DNA of 64,000 bases. Source: Candidatus Latescibacterota bacterium (GTDB lineage: Bacteria; Latescibacterota; UBA2968; UBA8231). The translations under genes were made by a program, and so were the position numbers. Below are positions 45,682 to 55,718 of the stretch, in pieces. The first letter of the stretch is position 1; each line of letters opens with the position of its first letter. The stretch lies in NCBI GenBank assembly GCA_965243025.1, contig CBDETY010000003.1, forward strand, positions 1,568,001-1,632,000, read 5' to 3'. The notes under the pieces are model-generated. The model did not search any database. It was not told where the DNA came from and saw nothing but the letters and a program-made list of their open reading frames with translations.

Positions 45682-46583
45682 GGGTCCGGGTGACAGTGCC
45701 GGCTTCCACCGCCAACCTGGGGCCGGGCTTCGACTGCATCGGGCTGGCGCTCTCCCTCCACCACACTCTCGACGTCACCGAACGGTCCGGATCCGGGGTC
45801 GAAATCTCCCTGAACGGGGAGGGTTCCGAGGCCCTTCCGGGTGACGAGACCAACCCGATGTTTGTCGCCATGTCCACGGCATTCGAAGAATCCGGGTATC
45901 GACCCGGATTTCTGAAGGTGGAGTCGAACAACAGCATTCCCCTGGCCCGGGGGCTCGGGAGCAGCGCCGCGGCGACGCTGGCCGGACTCGCCGCGGCTGC
46001 AGCTCTGGCCGGGGAGGTCGACCGCGGGCAGCTGCTGGCGCAGGCGTCGGCAAGGGAGGGACACGCCGACAATGTCTGTGCCAGTCTTTTCGGGGGATTC
46101 TGCGTGACCGCTCACGCAGCCGGGACGGCCGATTTCGTGCAGCTTCCCGCGCCACTGGAACTGGAGGCCGCCGTTGTCGTTCCGGACTTCGAGCTGGACA
46201 CCATCTCCTCGCGGGCTGCCTTGCCCGTTACTGTCCCGTTCGGCGACGCGGTCGCCAACCAGGCCCGGGTCGCCCTTCTTACCGCGGCGGTCGCCTCTGG
46301 TGAAGTAGAGCTGCTGCCCCGTGCGATGGGCGACCTGCTGCACCAGCCGTACCGTCTCGGGCTGGTCCCCGGAATGCAGGCGGTGTGTGACGCAGCCATG
46401 GAGGCAGGAGCCCTCGGCGCCGCACTGAGCGGTTCGGGTCCCTCCATGGTCGCACTGGTGCGAGCGGGGGACGAGACTCCCGGAAAGGCGATGCGGGAAG
46501 CCTGGAGAAACAGCAGCATCGAAAGCCGCCTCCTGCAGCTCCCCTTCGACGATGCCGGCCTCGTGGTGGAAATCCATGAGTGA
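45678..46583 (+). CDS. thrB: Homoserine kinase
   Basis: PASTANLGPGFD, IPLARGLGSS, EGHADN, LHQPYR, LSGSGP. Confidence 0.96.
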   Translation: MRVRVTVPASTANLGPGFDCIGLALSLHHTLDVTERSGSGVEISLNGEGSEALPGDETNPMFVAMSTAFEESGYRPGFLKVESNNSIPLARGLGSSAAATLAGLAAAAALAGEVDRGQLLAQASAREGHADNVCASLFGGFCVTAHAAGTADFVQLPAPLELEAAVVVPDFELDTISSRAALPVTVPFGDAVANQARVALLTAAVASGEVELLPRAMGDLLHQPYRLGLVPGMQAVCDAAMEAGALGAALSGSGPSMVALVRAGDETPGKAMREAWRNSSIESRLLQLPFDDAGLVVEIHE

Positions 46584-47796
46584 ATCCGAACGATCTCTCC
46601 GGGACGAAAAGAACCTTCTCGATTACCTGTTGGTACTGGCGAGGTGGCGACGCTTCATCGCGACATCGACACTGGCAGTGACGGTCGCCGCCGTTGTAGC
46701 AAGCCTGCTGTTGCCTCAAACCTGGACAGCGCAGACGAAGCTGCTGCCTCCGGAAGAAGAAGGAGGAGCACGGATAGGGCTGTCGCTCTTCATGGGGAAC
46801 GCGATGCCGGCGGGTCTCCGGGGTCTGGTTGGAGGGGCAACTCCATCGGAGCGATTGATAACCTTTCTCGAAAGCAACCGGGTCGCCGGCGGGACCGTCG
46901 ACGAGTTCGAATTGGTTTCCCTCTACGAGGTGGAGCACCGGGACAGAGCGATAGAAATCCTGCGCAACCAGATCGATTACGAGTTGGAAGAGGACGGCTC
47001 GTTGACGATTCGCGTCATCGCGGATGACCCGCAACTTGCTGCCGACCTGACCAATGGGGTTGCCAGACAGCTCGACAGCGTCAATCGCCGGTTCAAGCGC
47101 CAGCAGGCACGCGGCCTGAGGGAGTTCCTTGAAAAGCGAATCGAGCTGACCGAAGAAGAACTCAGGCTGAGCGCGAAATCGTTGCAGTCATTTCAGGAGC
47201 AACACGGATTGGTCGATCTCCAGGCCCAGACCGGCGCCGCCGTCGATGTCCTGAAGGGAATCGTCATCGAGCTGGCCGAACTCGAGGTCGAGCTCAGCCT
47301 TCTGGAGCGCCAGCTCCATCCTCAGCACGAAGACCGAAAGCTGTACGAGCTGAAGGTCACCGCCCTGCGTGACCAGATGAAGAAGCTCCAGGGGGAGCTG
47401 GCAATGACAGGGAATTACCCGGGACAACCCGGATACGCCGAGCCCCTCGAGTCCCTCGGTCCGCCTCTTCGCGAACTGCCAGGGTTGATGCTCGAGCACT
47501 CCGAACTCACCCTCGCAGTCGACCTGCGCGCTGAGATCATCCGTTTCCTCGGGACCAAGTTCGAAGAGGCGAAATACCGCGAGGCCCTCAACACTCCCAC
47601 CCTGCAGATTCTCGACCCGGCGACGCCCCCTCGCACCCGCAGCGGCCCGCGACGAACCCTGATCGTCGCAGGAGCCTTCGCGGTGAGCGCGCTCCTCAGC
47701 GGGGTCCTCGCGTTTCTCTTCGAGGCCTGCAACCGGCTGGACGGAACGAACCGTGACAAGCTCGGTTCCATCCGCAGGGAGCTCAAAGGCCGGTAA
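46576..47796 (+). CDS. Polysaccharide co-polymerase (Wzz/GumC-like, no kinase domain)
   Basis: NLLDYLLVL-TM1, DPQLAADLTN, coiled coil, ILDPATPP...PRR-TM2. Confidence 0.85.
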   Translation: MSESERSLRDEKNLLDYLLVLARWRRFIATSTLAVTVAAVVASLLLPQTWTAQTKLLPPEEEGGARIGLSLFMGNAMPAGLRGLVGGATPSERLITFLESNRVAGGTVDEFELVSLYEVEHRDRAIEILRNQIDYELEEDGSLTIRVIADDPQLAADLTNGVARQLDSVNRRFKRQQARGLREFLEKRIELTEEELRLSAKSLQSFQEQHGLVDLQAQTGAAVDVLKGIVIELAELEVELSLLERQLHPQHEDRKLYELKVTALRDQMKKLQGELAMTGNYPGQPGYAEPLESLGPPLRELPGLMLEHSELTLAVDLRAEIIRFLGTKFEEAKYREALNTPTLQILDPATPPRTRSGPRRTLIVAGAFAVSALLSGVLAFLFEACNRLDGTNRDKLGSIRRELKGR

Positions 47797-48048
47797 TCCC
47801 GCTCGCCTCTGGTTCGTTCTCCTTTAACCGCAGGTTCCGCCGCAGATCCAGGCGTGGATTCCTGGAGCGGACGGAAGGGCAATGGAGCCGCGGCATCGCC
47901 ATGCTGGAATTCACGGTGGGAAGCTCACGTGAATTTCGCAGGAGTTGGAGAGAACCTCGAGGCTGCTGTTGCCTTCAGGAATGAACGAAACTACCCGGTT
48001 GCGGGAAGGTTAAAACGGAGTGGATGGCGAAGCAGGAAAAGGGGTGGG

Positions 48049-48134
48049 TGGTGGGGGGAGCAGGATTCGAACCTGCGAAGGCGTACGCCAGTAGATTTAC
48101 AGTCTACCCCCGTTGACCACTTGGGTATCCCCCC
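48049..48134 (-). tRNA. tRNA-Tyr (GTA)
   Basis: 86 nt, long variable arm, anticodon arm GTAGA-CTGTAAA-TCTAC, discriminator A and encoded CCA. Confidence 0.96.
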
Positions 48135-48152
48135 CTTCCGAGGCGGCAGAAG

Positions 48153-48180
48153 AAGGTAGTTCACAGCCCTGAAGTGTCAA
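48153..48180 (-). promoter_or_regulatory. Promoter for tRNA-Tyr
   Basis: TTGACA-16 bp-TACCTT. Confidence 0.65.
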
Positions 48181-48332
48181 CAGAATCGCCACTGGAATAC
48201 GGTTTCGGCGCCGAACATCTCCTCTGCAACCGCTGCTGAGGCCGCTGGATCATTTGCCGTGCCCGGACGGTTTCTCCAGTTTCTGATTTGCCGCGATTCA
48301 CAACTAGGTTGGAGAGGAGCATCGATCTGGAT

Positions 48333-49319
48333 ATGGCGGGAACGGTTCGAGTCGCCGTCACCGGGGCAGCGGGACAAATCGGGTACGCCTTGCTGCCCCG
48401 ACTGGCTTCGGGTGAGATCTTCGGAGCCGACACCAAGGTCGCCCTTAACCTGCTTGAAATAACCCCGGCCCTGCCCGCCCTCGACGGTGTGGTGATGGAA
48501 CTGGACGACTGCGCCTTTCCCTTGTTGACTGACGTAGTTGCTACCGACAGGGCGGAGGTCGCCTTCGACGGGGTCAACTGGGCCCTGCTTGTCGGCGCCA
48601 AACCGCGGGGAAAGGGGATGGAGCGGGGAGACCTCCTGCGGGAAAACGGCCCGATCTTCGTCGGTCAAGGCCAGGCATTGGCGAAGGCGGCCGGGGATGT
48701 CAGAGTCCTGGTGGTCGGCAATCCCGCCAATACCAACTGCCTGATTGCTATGAGCCAGGGGGTCAAGGCGGGTATCCCCGCCGGGCGTTTCCACGCCATG
48801 ACCCGGCTGGACCAGAACCGGGCAATGACCCAACTCTCCAGGAAGGCGGGCGTCCCCGTGACTTCGGTGACCAACGTTGCGATCTGGGGCAACCATAGCG
48901 CGACGCAGTACCCGGACGCCGAAAATGCCCGAATAGGCGGCAAGTCCGCAGCCGAAGTCATCGACGACCAGGACTGGATACAGGGCGAATTCATCGAGAT
49001 CATTCAGCAGCGCGGGGCGGCTGTAATTGGCGCCCGCGGCCTGTCGTCGGCCGCCTCGGCGGCCAACGCCGCCCTCGATCACGTGACCAGCATGCAGTCT
49101 CCGACGCCGGAGGGGGACTGGTTTTCAGCGGCAGTTCCCTCCGAGGGCAGCTACGGGATCGCTCCCGGTGTCATCTTTTCCTACCCTGTCAGGAGCGACG
49201 GCAGCGGCAATTGCAAGGTGGTTCGGGATCTTCCCCTGAGCGACTTCGCCCGGCGGAAGATCGATGCCACCAACACCGAGCTTCGCGAAGAAAAATCGGT
49301 GGTGGAAGACCTGCTGTAG
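48333..49319 (+). CDS. mdh: Malate dehydrogenase (cytosolic/Thermus type)
   Basis: [46 protein letters not shown]. Confidence 0.96.
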   Translation: MAGTVRVAVTGAAGQIGYALLPRLASGEIFGADTKVALNLLEITPALPALDGVVMELDDCAFPLLTDVVATDRAEVAFDGVNWALLVGAKPRGKGMERGDLLRENGPIFVGQGQALAKAAGDVRVLVVGNPANTNCLIAMSQGVKAGIPAGRFHAMTRLDQNRAMTQLSRKAGVPVTSVTNVAIWGNHSATQYPDAENARIGGKSAAEVIDDQDWIQGEFIEIIQQRGAAVIGARGLSSAASAANAALDHVTSMQSPTPEGDWFSAAVPSEGSYGIAPGVIFSYPVRSDGSGNCKVVRDLPLSDFARRKIDATNTELREEKSVVEDLL

Positions 49320-49326
49320 GATCCGG

Positions 49327-50094
49327 CTGCCCATCGAAGAATACACAGGTCCCCAGGCGCAGTACTACGACCAGTACTTCACCGGGATCGACGGCGACCT
49401 CGATTTCTATCTGCTCGCCGCCGGGCAGGCTGGTTCACCAATCCTGGAATTGGGGTGCGGCAGCGGGCGCATCCTGATCCCGATAGCAGAAACCGGCAAG
49501 GCCGTGGTCGGCATAGAGCGCTCGGCGGAGATGCTCCGGCAGTTGCCGCCCAGGCTCTCCGGGCTCCGGCAACTCCGCAGCGGAAGGGCGCATGCCATTC
49601 GCGGAGATATGCGCGATTTCCGTCTTCGGGAGCAGTTCGCCCTGGTTATCGTCCCGTACCGCGCTTTTCAGCATCTGCTGAGCGACGCCGATCAGCGGCG
49701 CTGCCTGCAGCGGATACGCGAGCATCTGCGCCCCGGAGGCGCGCTGGTACTCGACACCTTCGATTGCGAATTCCTCGACGAACAGCCTGAGCCGGCTCTC
49801 GACACCAGCTTTTCGGCCGGCAGCGGCCTCACCGTCGACGTCCGCTACACACGCCATATCGACGCCGATGCCGGCGTTCTCCGGCAGCAGCTGATCTTCG
49901 ACGAGCGCGACGAAAACGGCCGGTTGCTGCGAAGCCGGACAACAGCGCTGTTGTTGCGCTGCTGCTCCAGGGTTCACATGGAAGGGATTTTGCGAGGCAG
50001 CGGTTTCGAGGTGGCGGCGCTGTACGGTGGTTTTCACGGGGAGCCGGTTGCCGAAGGCGGAGTACAGGTATGGGTAGCTGTCGAGGGGAAGTGA
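49327..50094 (+). CDS. Class I SAM-dependent methyltransferase
   Basis: YYD, ILELGCGSGR, GDMRDF, HLRPGG. Start uncertain: CTG 49327 or an overlapping ATG at 49264. Confidence 0.85.
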   Translation: MPIEEYTGPQAQYYDQYFTGIDGDLDFYLLAAGQAGSPILELGCGSGRILIPIAETGKAVVGIERSAEMLRQLPPRLSGLRQLRSGRAHAIRGDMRDFRLREQFALVIVPYRAFQHLLSDADQRRCLQRIREHLRPGGALVLDTFDCEFLDEQPEPALDTSFSAGSGLTVDVRYTRHIDADAGVLRQQLIFDERDENGRLLRSRTTALLLRCCSRVHMEGILRGSGFEVAALYGGFHGEPVAEGGVQVWVAVEGK

Positions 50095-51041
50095 AAACAC
50101 AACCGCAGAAAAAGGAAGGAACCACCATCGGGAACCGAACACAGGCTGACAGCTGGTCGGGGATTTTCGCCATAATCATCACCCCTTTTTCCGATTCCCT
50201 GGAACTCGACGAGGAGGGGCTGCGAAGGCAGGTGGAACTCTGTGTCGAAGGGGGAGTCCGCGGTGTCGTCGGGCCGGCGAACGCGAGCGAGTTCACCACC
50301 CTTTCCGACAGTGAACGCAGGCGCTGGCTGGAAACCGCGGTCAGCGCGGCGCAGGGACGCCTGCCGGTAATCGCCTCGATCACCTCCGGCCACGAGCTGC
50401 CTGCCGTCGAACTCGGCAGGTTCGCCGAAGGCATAGGTGCCTCGGGGGTGATGTCGATGCCGCCGCTGGTTTTGCCCCGGGAAGCGGATGGGTGTTTCCG
50501 GTATTTCGAACACCTCTCGAGCCAGCTGAGCGTCCCCGTCATCGTGCAGAATTTCGGCGCTCCGCTCGGGACTCCGATGAGCCCCGAGCTGCTGGCGCGA
50601 ATCTGCCGGGAGTTGGAGGGGGTCGACTACATCAAGGAGGAGGTGGCGCCGGAACCACAGCGTATTTCGGCAACGCTGTCAGCCACAGGGCCCGCATGCA
50701 AAGGAATATTCGGCGGCCAGGGCGGAATCTTTCTTATTGACGAATACCTGCGCGGGGCGGCAGGCAACATGCCCGGTTCTCACAATGCGGACCTGCTCGC
50801 TTCCATCTGGGGCAAGCTGGAGCGGGGCGCCGAGGAGGAGGCCCGCGCCCTTTTCGAACGCATCCTGCCCTTGATGAGCTACGAGAGGTTGTACGGACTG
50901 GCCGTTTACAAGGAGGTCCTCGTGAGAAGGGGCCTCAGTTCAACCGCGAAAAGAAGAATCCCGGGCCCGAACCTGGATGCGTTCGACCGCCGCGAGCTCG
51001 ATCGCATTCTCGTAGACCTCGACTCCCTGCTGAAGCTCTGA
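50091..51041 (+). CDS. DapA family lyase
   Basis: GIFAIIITPF, PANASEF, IVQN, Lys in YIKEE; GTGA overlap with the upstream gene. Confidence 0.87.
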   Translation: MKTQPQKKEGTTIGNRTQADSWSGIFAIIITPFSDSLELDEEGLRRQVELCVEGGVRGVVGPANASEFTTLSDSERRRWLETAVSAAQGRLPVIASITSGHELPAVELGRFAEGIGASGVMSMPPLVLPREADGCFRYFEHLSSQLSVPVIVQNFGAPLGTPMSPELLARICRELEGVDYIKEEVAPEPQRISATLSATGPACKGIFGGQGGIFLIDEYLRGAAGNMPGSHNADLLASIWGKLERGAEEEARALFERILPLMSYERLYGLAVYKEVLVRRGLSSTAKRRIPGPNLDAFDRRELDRILVDLDSLLKL

Positions 51042-51093
51042 CCCCGGCGTTACCGGGCAAGCCCCGCAGCCTGCCTTTGTCATTTCATGCGTC

Positions 51094-52338
51094 TCACAAA
51101 CCGCTCTGACCCGCGTGGTTGAGTGCCCGGGCGGAAACGCCGAGGACGCCGAGAAACCCCTGGGAATCGCGGTGGTCGAATTCACCGATTTCCTCCATTG
51201 AAGAGGTGTCGGCGTCGTACAGGCTGTGCGGCGCGTCAGCGGCAGCGCAAAAGGACACGTTTCCCTTGTAGAGTGTCGAGGAAATCGTTCCGGTTGCCAT
51301 GCGGCTCAGCTGTTTCATGAAAGCCCATGAGGCCCGGGTCGCGGTGTCGAACCCGTATCCCTGGTATATCTGTTCGGCTATGTGCGCCGATATCTGATCG
51401 TACAACCGCCGGCAGCGGCGGTCGAGAATCAACTGCAGCAGGTACTCGTAGCTGCGGCCCAGAAGCTCCATTCCGGGCGCCTCGTACACCCCCCGGGACT
51501 TGATGCCGACAAAGCGGTTTTCGACGGTGTGCAAACCGATCCCCACCCCATTGCGGCCGGCGATCTCATTGCAAGCCTCGATCGCTCCTACCGGGTCAAC
51601 CTCGTTCTGTCCGATTTTGACAGGCAGGCCGCTCTCAAAGTGGATGTCGACAGTCTCGGGTTCGTTCGCAGCGTCCACTGGGAACACTCCCATCCCCGGA
51701 TCGATCCGGGAAGCCGGGGTTGCCAGGTCCTCGAGCTCACCTGCTTCGTGGGTCAATCCCAGCATGTTGGCGTCTGTCGAATAAGGGGAATCGTGAGTCG
51801 CCCTGACCGGCAGGCCGTGGCCGCTGCAGTAGTCGATCATCTGTCGGCGGCCTCCGAACTCCTGAAGGAAAGCAGGGTCGCGCCAGGGAGCGTACACCCC
51901 GATGGCGGGATCGAGCATCTGGGCCGCCAGTTCGAAGCGCACCTGATCGTTGCCGCGGCCGGTGCAGCCGTGGCCCAGAATCCCGACCCCGTGCTGCCGC
52001 AAAACCGGAATCATTCCGGCCACGACCACGTGGCGGGCAATGGCGGTGGTATTCCAGTACCCGCCTTCGTAGCGCGCCGATGCCTGAATCAGCTGCAATC
52101 CAGCAGCGGCGATTTCAGGCCTGAGATCATCGAGAATGGCCTCCTTGGCGCCGCAGGCCAGCATGCGATTGCGCACATCCTCGATGTCGTCCTCATCCGG
52201 CTGACCGAGGTCCGCGGTGTAGGCAATTACCCCGACTCCCTGCCGAGCGAGCCAGTGGGTAATGGTGCAGCTGTCCAGTCCACCGGACACTGCCATGAGA
52301 ACGGTCCGCCCCTTGAGATCGGTGGCCCTGATTTCCAT
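51094..52338 (-). CDS. argG: Argininosuccinate synthase
   Basis: SGGLDS, HGCTGRGNDQVRF, YSTDANM, VENRFVGIKSRGVYEAPG; RBS GAGGAG. Confidence 0.96.
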   Translation of the reverse strand: MEIRATDLKGRTVLMAVSGGLDSCTITHWLARQGVGVIAYTADLGQPDEDDIEDVRNRMLACGAKEAILDDLRPEIAAAGLQLIQASARYEGGYWNTTAIARHVVVAGMIPVLRQHGVGILGHGCTGRGNDQVRFELAAQMLDPAIGVYAPWRDPAFLQEFGGRRQMIDYCSGHGLPVRATHDSPYSTDANMLGLTHEAGELEDLATPASRIDPGMGVFPVDAANEPETVDIHFESGLPVKIGQNEVDPVGAIEACNEIAGRNGVGIGLHTVENRFVGIKSRGVYEAPGMELLGRSYEYLLQLILDRRCRRLYDQISAHIAEQIYQGYGFDTATRASWAFMKQLSRMATGTISSTLYKGNVSFCAAADAPHSLYDADTSSMEEIGEFDHRDSQGFLGVLGVSARALNHAGQSGL

Positions 52339-52402
52339 CTGTTTTAAGTCTCCTCTCGATGAAACCGGGAAGGCCGGTTTCAACAGTCAGGCCGCAGGAA
52401 AA

Positions 52403-52440
52403 ATGTAATAATTATGCATATCTAAGCATAATTATTACTG
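52403..52440. promoter_or_regulatory. Tandem ARG-box-like operator upstream of argG
   Basis: Perfect 13-bp inverted repeat GTAATAATTATGC / GCATAATTATTAC, forming two 18-bp boxes 2 bp apart, adjoining a minus-strand TTGACA (52444-52439). Confidence 0.7.
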
Positions 52441-52583
52441 TCAAGATTGCCAAATCGACCGGAGTATCCCGCTCGACCAATCCAGGTTGTCTGCCGGCCT
52501 TTGCAAACCGGCAGACAACGACCGGCCCCCGTAAATGCAGTGAGCGATGTTTGTTTGGGCCATCGCTCGGTAGAGTTCTTCCC

Positions 52584-52612
52584 TTGACAAGGGCGGAGGG
52601 TAGTCCTAATGT
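52584..52612 (+). promoter_or_regulatory. Sigma70 promoter for the Ca/Na antiporter gene
   Basis: TTGACA-17 bp-TAATGT. Confidence 0.65.
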
Positions 52613-52672
52613 AAGCGTCCTCCCCAGGTCTTCTCCCTTCACTGTAACTCCCTCAGTTTCAACAAGATATCG

Positions 52673-53629
52673 ATGGATTTCTGGACCGCTTCAGCGGTCA
52701 TGGTCCTCTGTTTTGCCGTCCTGTGGAAGTGTGCCGACTGGATGGTGGAGGGTGCCGTGGATCTGGCCCGCCGCATGCAGGTGCCGGCCATACTCATCGG
52801 CATCGTCATCGTCAGCATCGGAACCACGGCCCCGGAGCTGGCGGTTTCGGTGCAGGCCGCTGCATCGGGAAAATCGGAACTTGCCCTGGGGAACGCCGTC
52901 GGCTCGGTCATCTACGACGACGTCCTCGCCCTTCCCCTCGTGGCGCTGCTCTCGCCGGCAGTGGTCCTGATCGACAGGAGCATTTTCAGGGCCGCGGCGA
53001 TCTTCCTGATCTGCGTCGACGTGGTCGCCTACGCCCTGAGCTTCGACGGGACCCTGGCCCGTTGGGAGGGGCTTCTCCTCGTGGCAGGTTTCTGCGGTTA
53101 CCTGGTATTCACCTACCTGCAGCGGCGCCGCAATCCCAGCCAGGGTGACGTCCCCGAAGGTGTGCCTGAACGCTCGCTGTTGCGAATCCTGCTGCTGTTT
53201 GCCGCAGGTTTGGGGGGGGTGATCGTCAGCAGCGAGTACATCGTCGAGTCAGCAGAGGTGGTCGCCCTCGGACTCGGGGTCTCCGAGACAGTCGTCGCCC
53301 TCGGCCTGATAGCCCTCGGAACGTCCGTCCCGGAAATCGCCACCTGTGTCGCCTCGGCCCTGAAACGACAGGGAAGCGTCGCAGTCGGGAACATCCTCGG
53401 GGCGGATATCCTCAACATCTGCTGGATAGCCGGCGCCTCGGCTGTCGTCAACGACCTGAAGGTGGAGAAGGAAGTCATCCATTTCATGTTCCCCGCCATG
53501 CTCGTGGTCGTCTTCACCATGTTGGGGCTGATGCGTATCGGGTACCGCTTCGACCGGTGGAAAGGCGTCGTCCTGCTAGGACTTTTTGTTGTGTATCTCC
53601 TGCTTCTCGTGCTCAACAGTCCCGCCTAG
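52673..53629 (+). CDS. Calcium/sodium antiporter (YrbG-like)
   Basis: Alpha repeats GTTAPE...GNAVGS and GTSVPE...GNILGA. Confidence 0.93.
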   Translation: MDFWTASAVMVLCFAVLWKCADWMVEGAVDLARRMQVPAILIGIVIVSIGTTAPELAVSVQAAASGKSELALGNAVGSVIYDDVLALPLVALLSPAVVLIDRSIFRAAAIFLICVDVVAYALSFDGTLARWEGLLLVAGFCGYLVFTYLQRRRNPSQGDVPEGVPERSLLRILLLFAAGLGGVIVSSEYIVESAEVVALGLGVSETVVALGLIALGTSVPEIATCVASALKRQGSVAVGNILGADILNICWIAGASAVVNDLKVEKEVIHFMFPAMLVVVFTMLGLMRIGYRFDRWKGVVLLGLFVVYLLLLVLNSPA

Positions 53630-53645
53630 GAAAGAGGAACGCGGA

Positions 53646-54416
53646 ATGGATCTCGAACTGAAGGGAAAGGTCGCTCTCGTCACCGGCGCCAGCCGCGGCA
53701 TCGGGCTCGGAATCGCCCGTTGTCTGGCCGCGGAAGGGGCGCACTTGTTCATCTGTGCAAGGACCGCCGAACCGCTCCAGGCGGCTGCCGGGGAGCTTGC
53801 CGATGAAGGCGTTGAAGTCGGCTGTGCAGTGGCAGACGTTACCTCGCCGGACGAGTCCCAACGGGTGGTCGCCGCCGCAAGGGACCGGTTTGGGGGGGTC
53901 GATGTCCTCGTCAACAACGTCGGTGGTTCGGTATGGACACCGTTCGCCGACATCACCGACGACGAGTGGGAACGGGTATTCTCCCTGAGTTTCTTCTCGG
54001 CCGTACGAATGTCGAGAGCCGCACTGCCGGTCATGGAGAATCGGGGCGGCGGCAGCATCGTCAACATCTCGTCGATTTTCGGCCGGGAGACAGGCGGTCC
54101 GGTTTCCTACAACGCCGCCAAGGCGGCGATGATCAGCATGACCGCCAATTTCGCCAAGGAAGCCGCTGCGAAGGGAATTCGCGTCAATACCGTTGCTCCC
54201 GGTTCCATTCTATTTCCAGGGGGAAGCTGGGAACGCCGCCGCAAAGAGAACCCTGAGGGAATCGCCAAATTCGTGGAGGACAACATCCCTTCGGGCAGGT
54301 TTGGAACCCCCGGGGAAGTTGCTGCGGTAGTCGCTTTTCTCGCTTCATCTCGAGCAAGCTGGGTAACCGGGGCGTGCATCAATGTCGACGGGGGGCAATC
54401 GAGGTCCAACATCTGA
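53646..54416 (+). CDS. SDR family oxidoreductase
   Basis: TGASRGIG, NNVG, YNAAK, PG, VDGG; RBS GAGGA. Confidence 0.93.
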   Translation: MDLELKGKVALVTGASRGIGLGIARCLAAEGAHLFICARTAEPLQAAAGELADEGVEVGCAVADVTSPDESQRVVAAARDRFGGVDVLVNNVGGSVWTPFADITDDEWERVFSLSFFSAVRMSRAALPVMENRGGGSIVNISSIFGRETGGPVSYNAAKAAMISMTANFAKEAAAKGIRVNTVAPGSILFPGGSWERRRKENPEGIAKFVEDNIPSGRFGTPGEVAAVVAFLASSRASWVTGACINVDGGQSRSNI

Positions 54417-54455
54417 CCCTCGCCACCCGGTCCAGGGCGATTATTTCGGAGACTG

Positions 54456-55715
54456 ATGCGCAAGCTGCTGACGTGGGGATGGTTGGCGACGGTTTTTTTC
54501 AGCCCCGTCCTCATCGACGCGATTGAGGGCGGCGCCGGTCGCAGTCGGTCCGGTCGGGTGGACGCCAGGAGCCTGTCGCTGCGGCGGCAGTACAACGCCG
54601 TTGCCGCAGCGGTCGACACGATCATGAGGCAGCTCGGTCGCGACCGCGTCGACGAGCTCACCGACGATTCGGCCCTCCGGAACCTGCTTTCGGACGACGC
54701 AAAGATCGTGCTGTTGTTCTGGGCGGACGACGAAGCGGAGCTGTTCCTCAACGGCACCCCGGTCAGCTCAACCCGGTTGACTCCGACACGTGTCGAGATT
54801 CCCGAGTTCTACCTGCGGGAAAACAACCTGTTGCAGGCCCATTGCCGGGACACCGACAGGGTCGAGAGCGGTTTCATGGCAGGCCTTTACGTCGAGTGGA
54901 GCGACGGCGGCATGAGACCAGTGGTAACGACTGGTGAAGGGACCTGGCAGCTCGCAAAGGGAAGCCCTGAACAAGCAACCGCCGGAGAGATCTTGTACAC
55001 CCACCCACAACCGGACATCCCCGAAGCGAGGGTTATCTGGGGGGAGAAGCTGTTCGGTGAGATCCGGCTGAGTGTGCAATTCTCTGCGGCGGATGTTCGG
55101 GCGGCCGGAGACCGCGGGCCGGCAGGGCTGCGTCTGCCCCATGATTGGGGAAGAGACCAGCCTATGGATTTTCACGTCTCAATCAGCCGCCTTGTCCATC
55201 TCCAGGAGGAGCGCCGCAGGTTGGCGCGAGTCCTCGAGGCAAGGCACTCGGAATTGGAGCCGTACCTGCGGTTCGGAGGGGCCCATATCTCGCCGATTGC
55301 CTACAGCCTCGGCAGAAGCGAGCCCCTTTCCGAAGAGCGGGAAAGCGTGGCTTCTTCAGCCAGGCTGGTAAAGTGGGTGAAGCAGCTGCCGTCCGAGGAC
55401 CGTGCACTCGTGCTGGGGCCGGCGCGTCAGTTGAAGGGGGCATCCGCGGCGACTCGCCAGGAGTTTGCATCCCGGTCCGAGGCAGGAAGGGAAGACCGCC
55501 GTCTCGACTATCAGCCCCCCCGCGACCTTGGAGCGCAGCGCCGCCCGGCAACTGAGGTTATTTCTGTGGAAAGACTCGGGCCCCGGAGAGATACCGATGT
55601 CCTGTCGTTGGTGGCTTTCGGCCTGTTGGCCGCCTACACAGGAGCCGCGTCCCACCGGTGGTGGAAGCTGTTTCGCGGGCGAATCCATGTGGAAAAACGC
55701 AGGAGCTTGAGATAG
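54456..55715 (+). CDS. Hypothetical exported, C-terminally anchored protein with a jelly-roll/lectin-like domain
   Basis: Signal-like N-terminus; WADDEAELFLNG...NLLQAHCRD...GFMAGL; C-terminal hydrophobic segment and basic tail. Confidence 0.7.
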   Translation: MRKLLTWGWLATVFFSPVLIDAIEGGAGRSRSGRVDARSLSLRRQYNAVAAAVDTIMRQLGRDRVDELTDDSALRNLLSDDAKIVLLFWADDEAELFLNGTPVSSTRLTPTRVEIPEFYLRENNLLQAHCRDTDRVESGFMAGLYVEWSDGGMRPVVTTGEGTWQLAKGSPEQATAGEILYTHPQPDIPEARVIWGEKLFGEIRLSVQFSAADVRAAGDRGPAGLRLPHDWGRDQPMDFHVSISRLVHLQEERRRLARVLEARHSELEPYLRFGGAHISPIAYSLGRSEPLSEERESVASSARLVKWVKQLPSEDRALVLGPARQLKGASAATRQEFASRSEAGREDRRLDYQPPRDLGAQRRPATEVISVERLGPRRDTDVLSLVAFGLLAAYTGAASHRWWKLFRGRIHVEKRRSLR

Positions 55716-55718
55716 CTC

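Noticed and set aside
47797-48134. Genomic island integrated at tRNA-Tyr (or at tRNA-fMet)
   Set aside because: No integrase and no duplicated tRNA 3' end seen.
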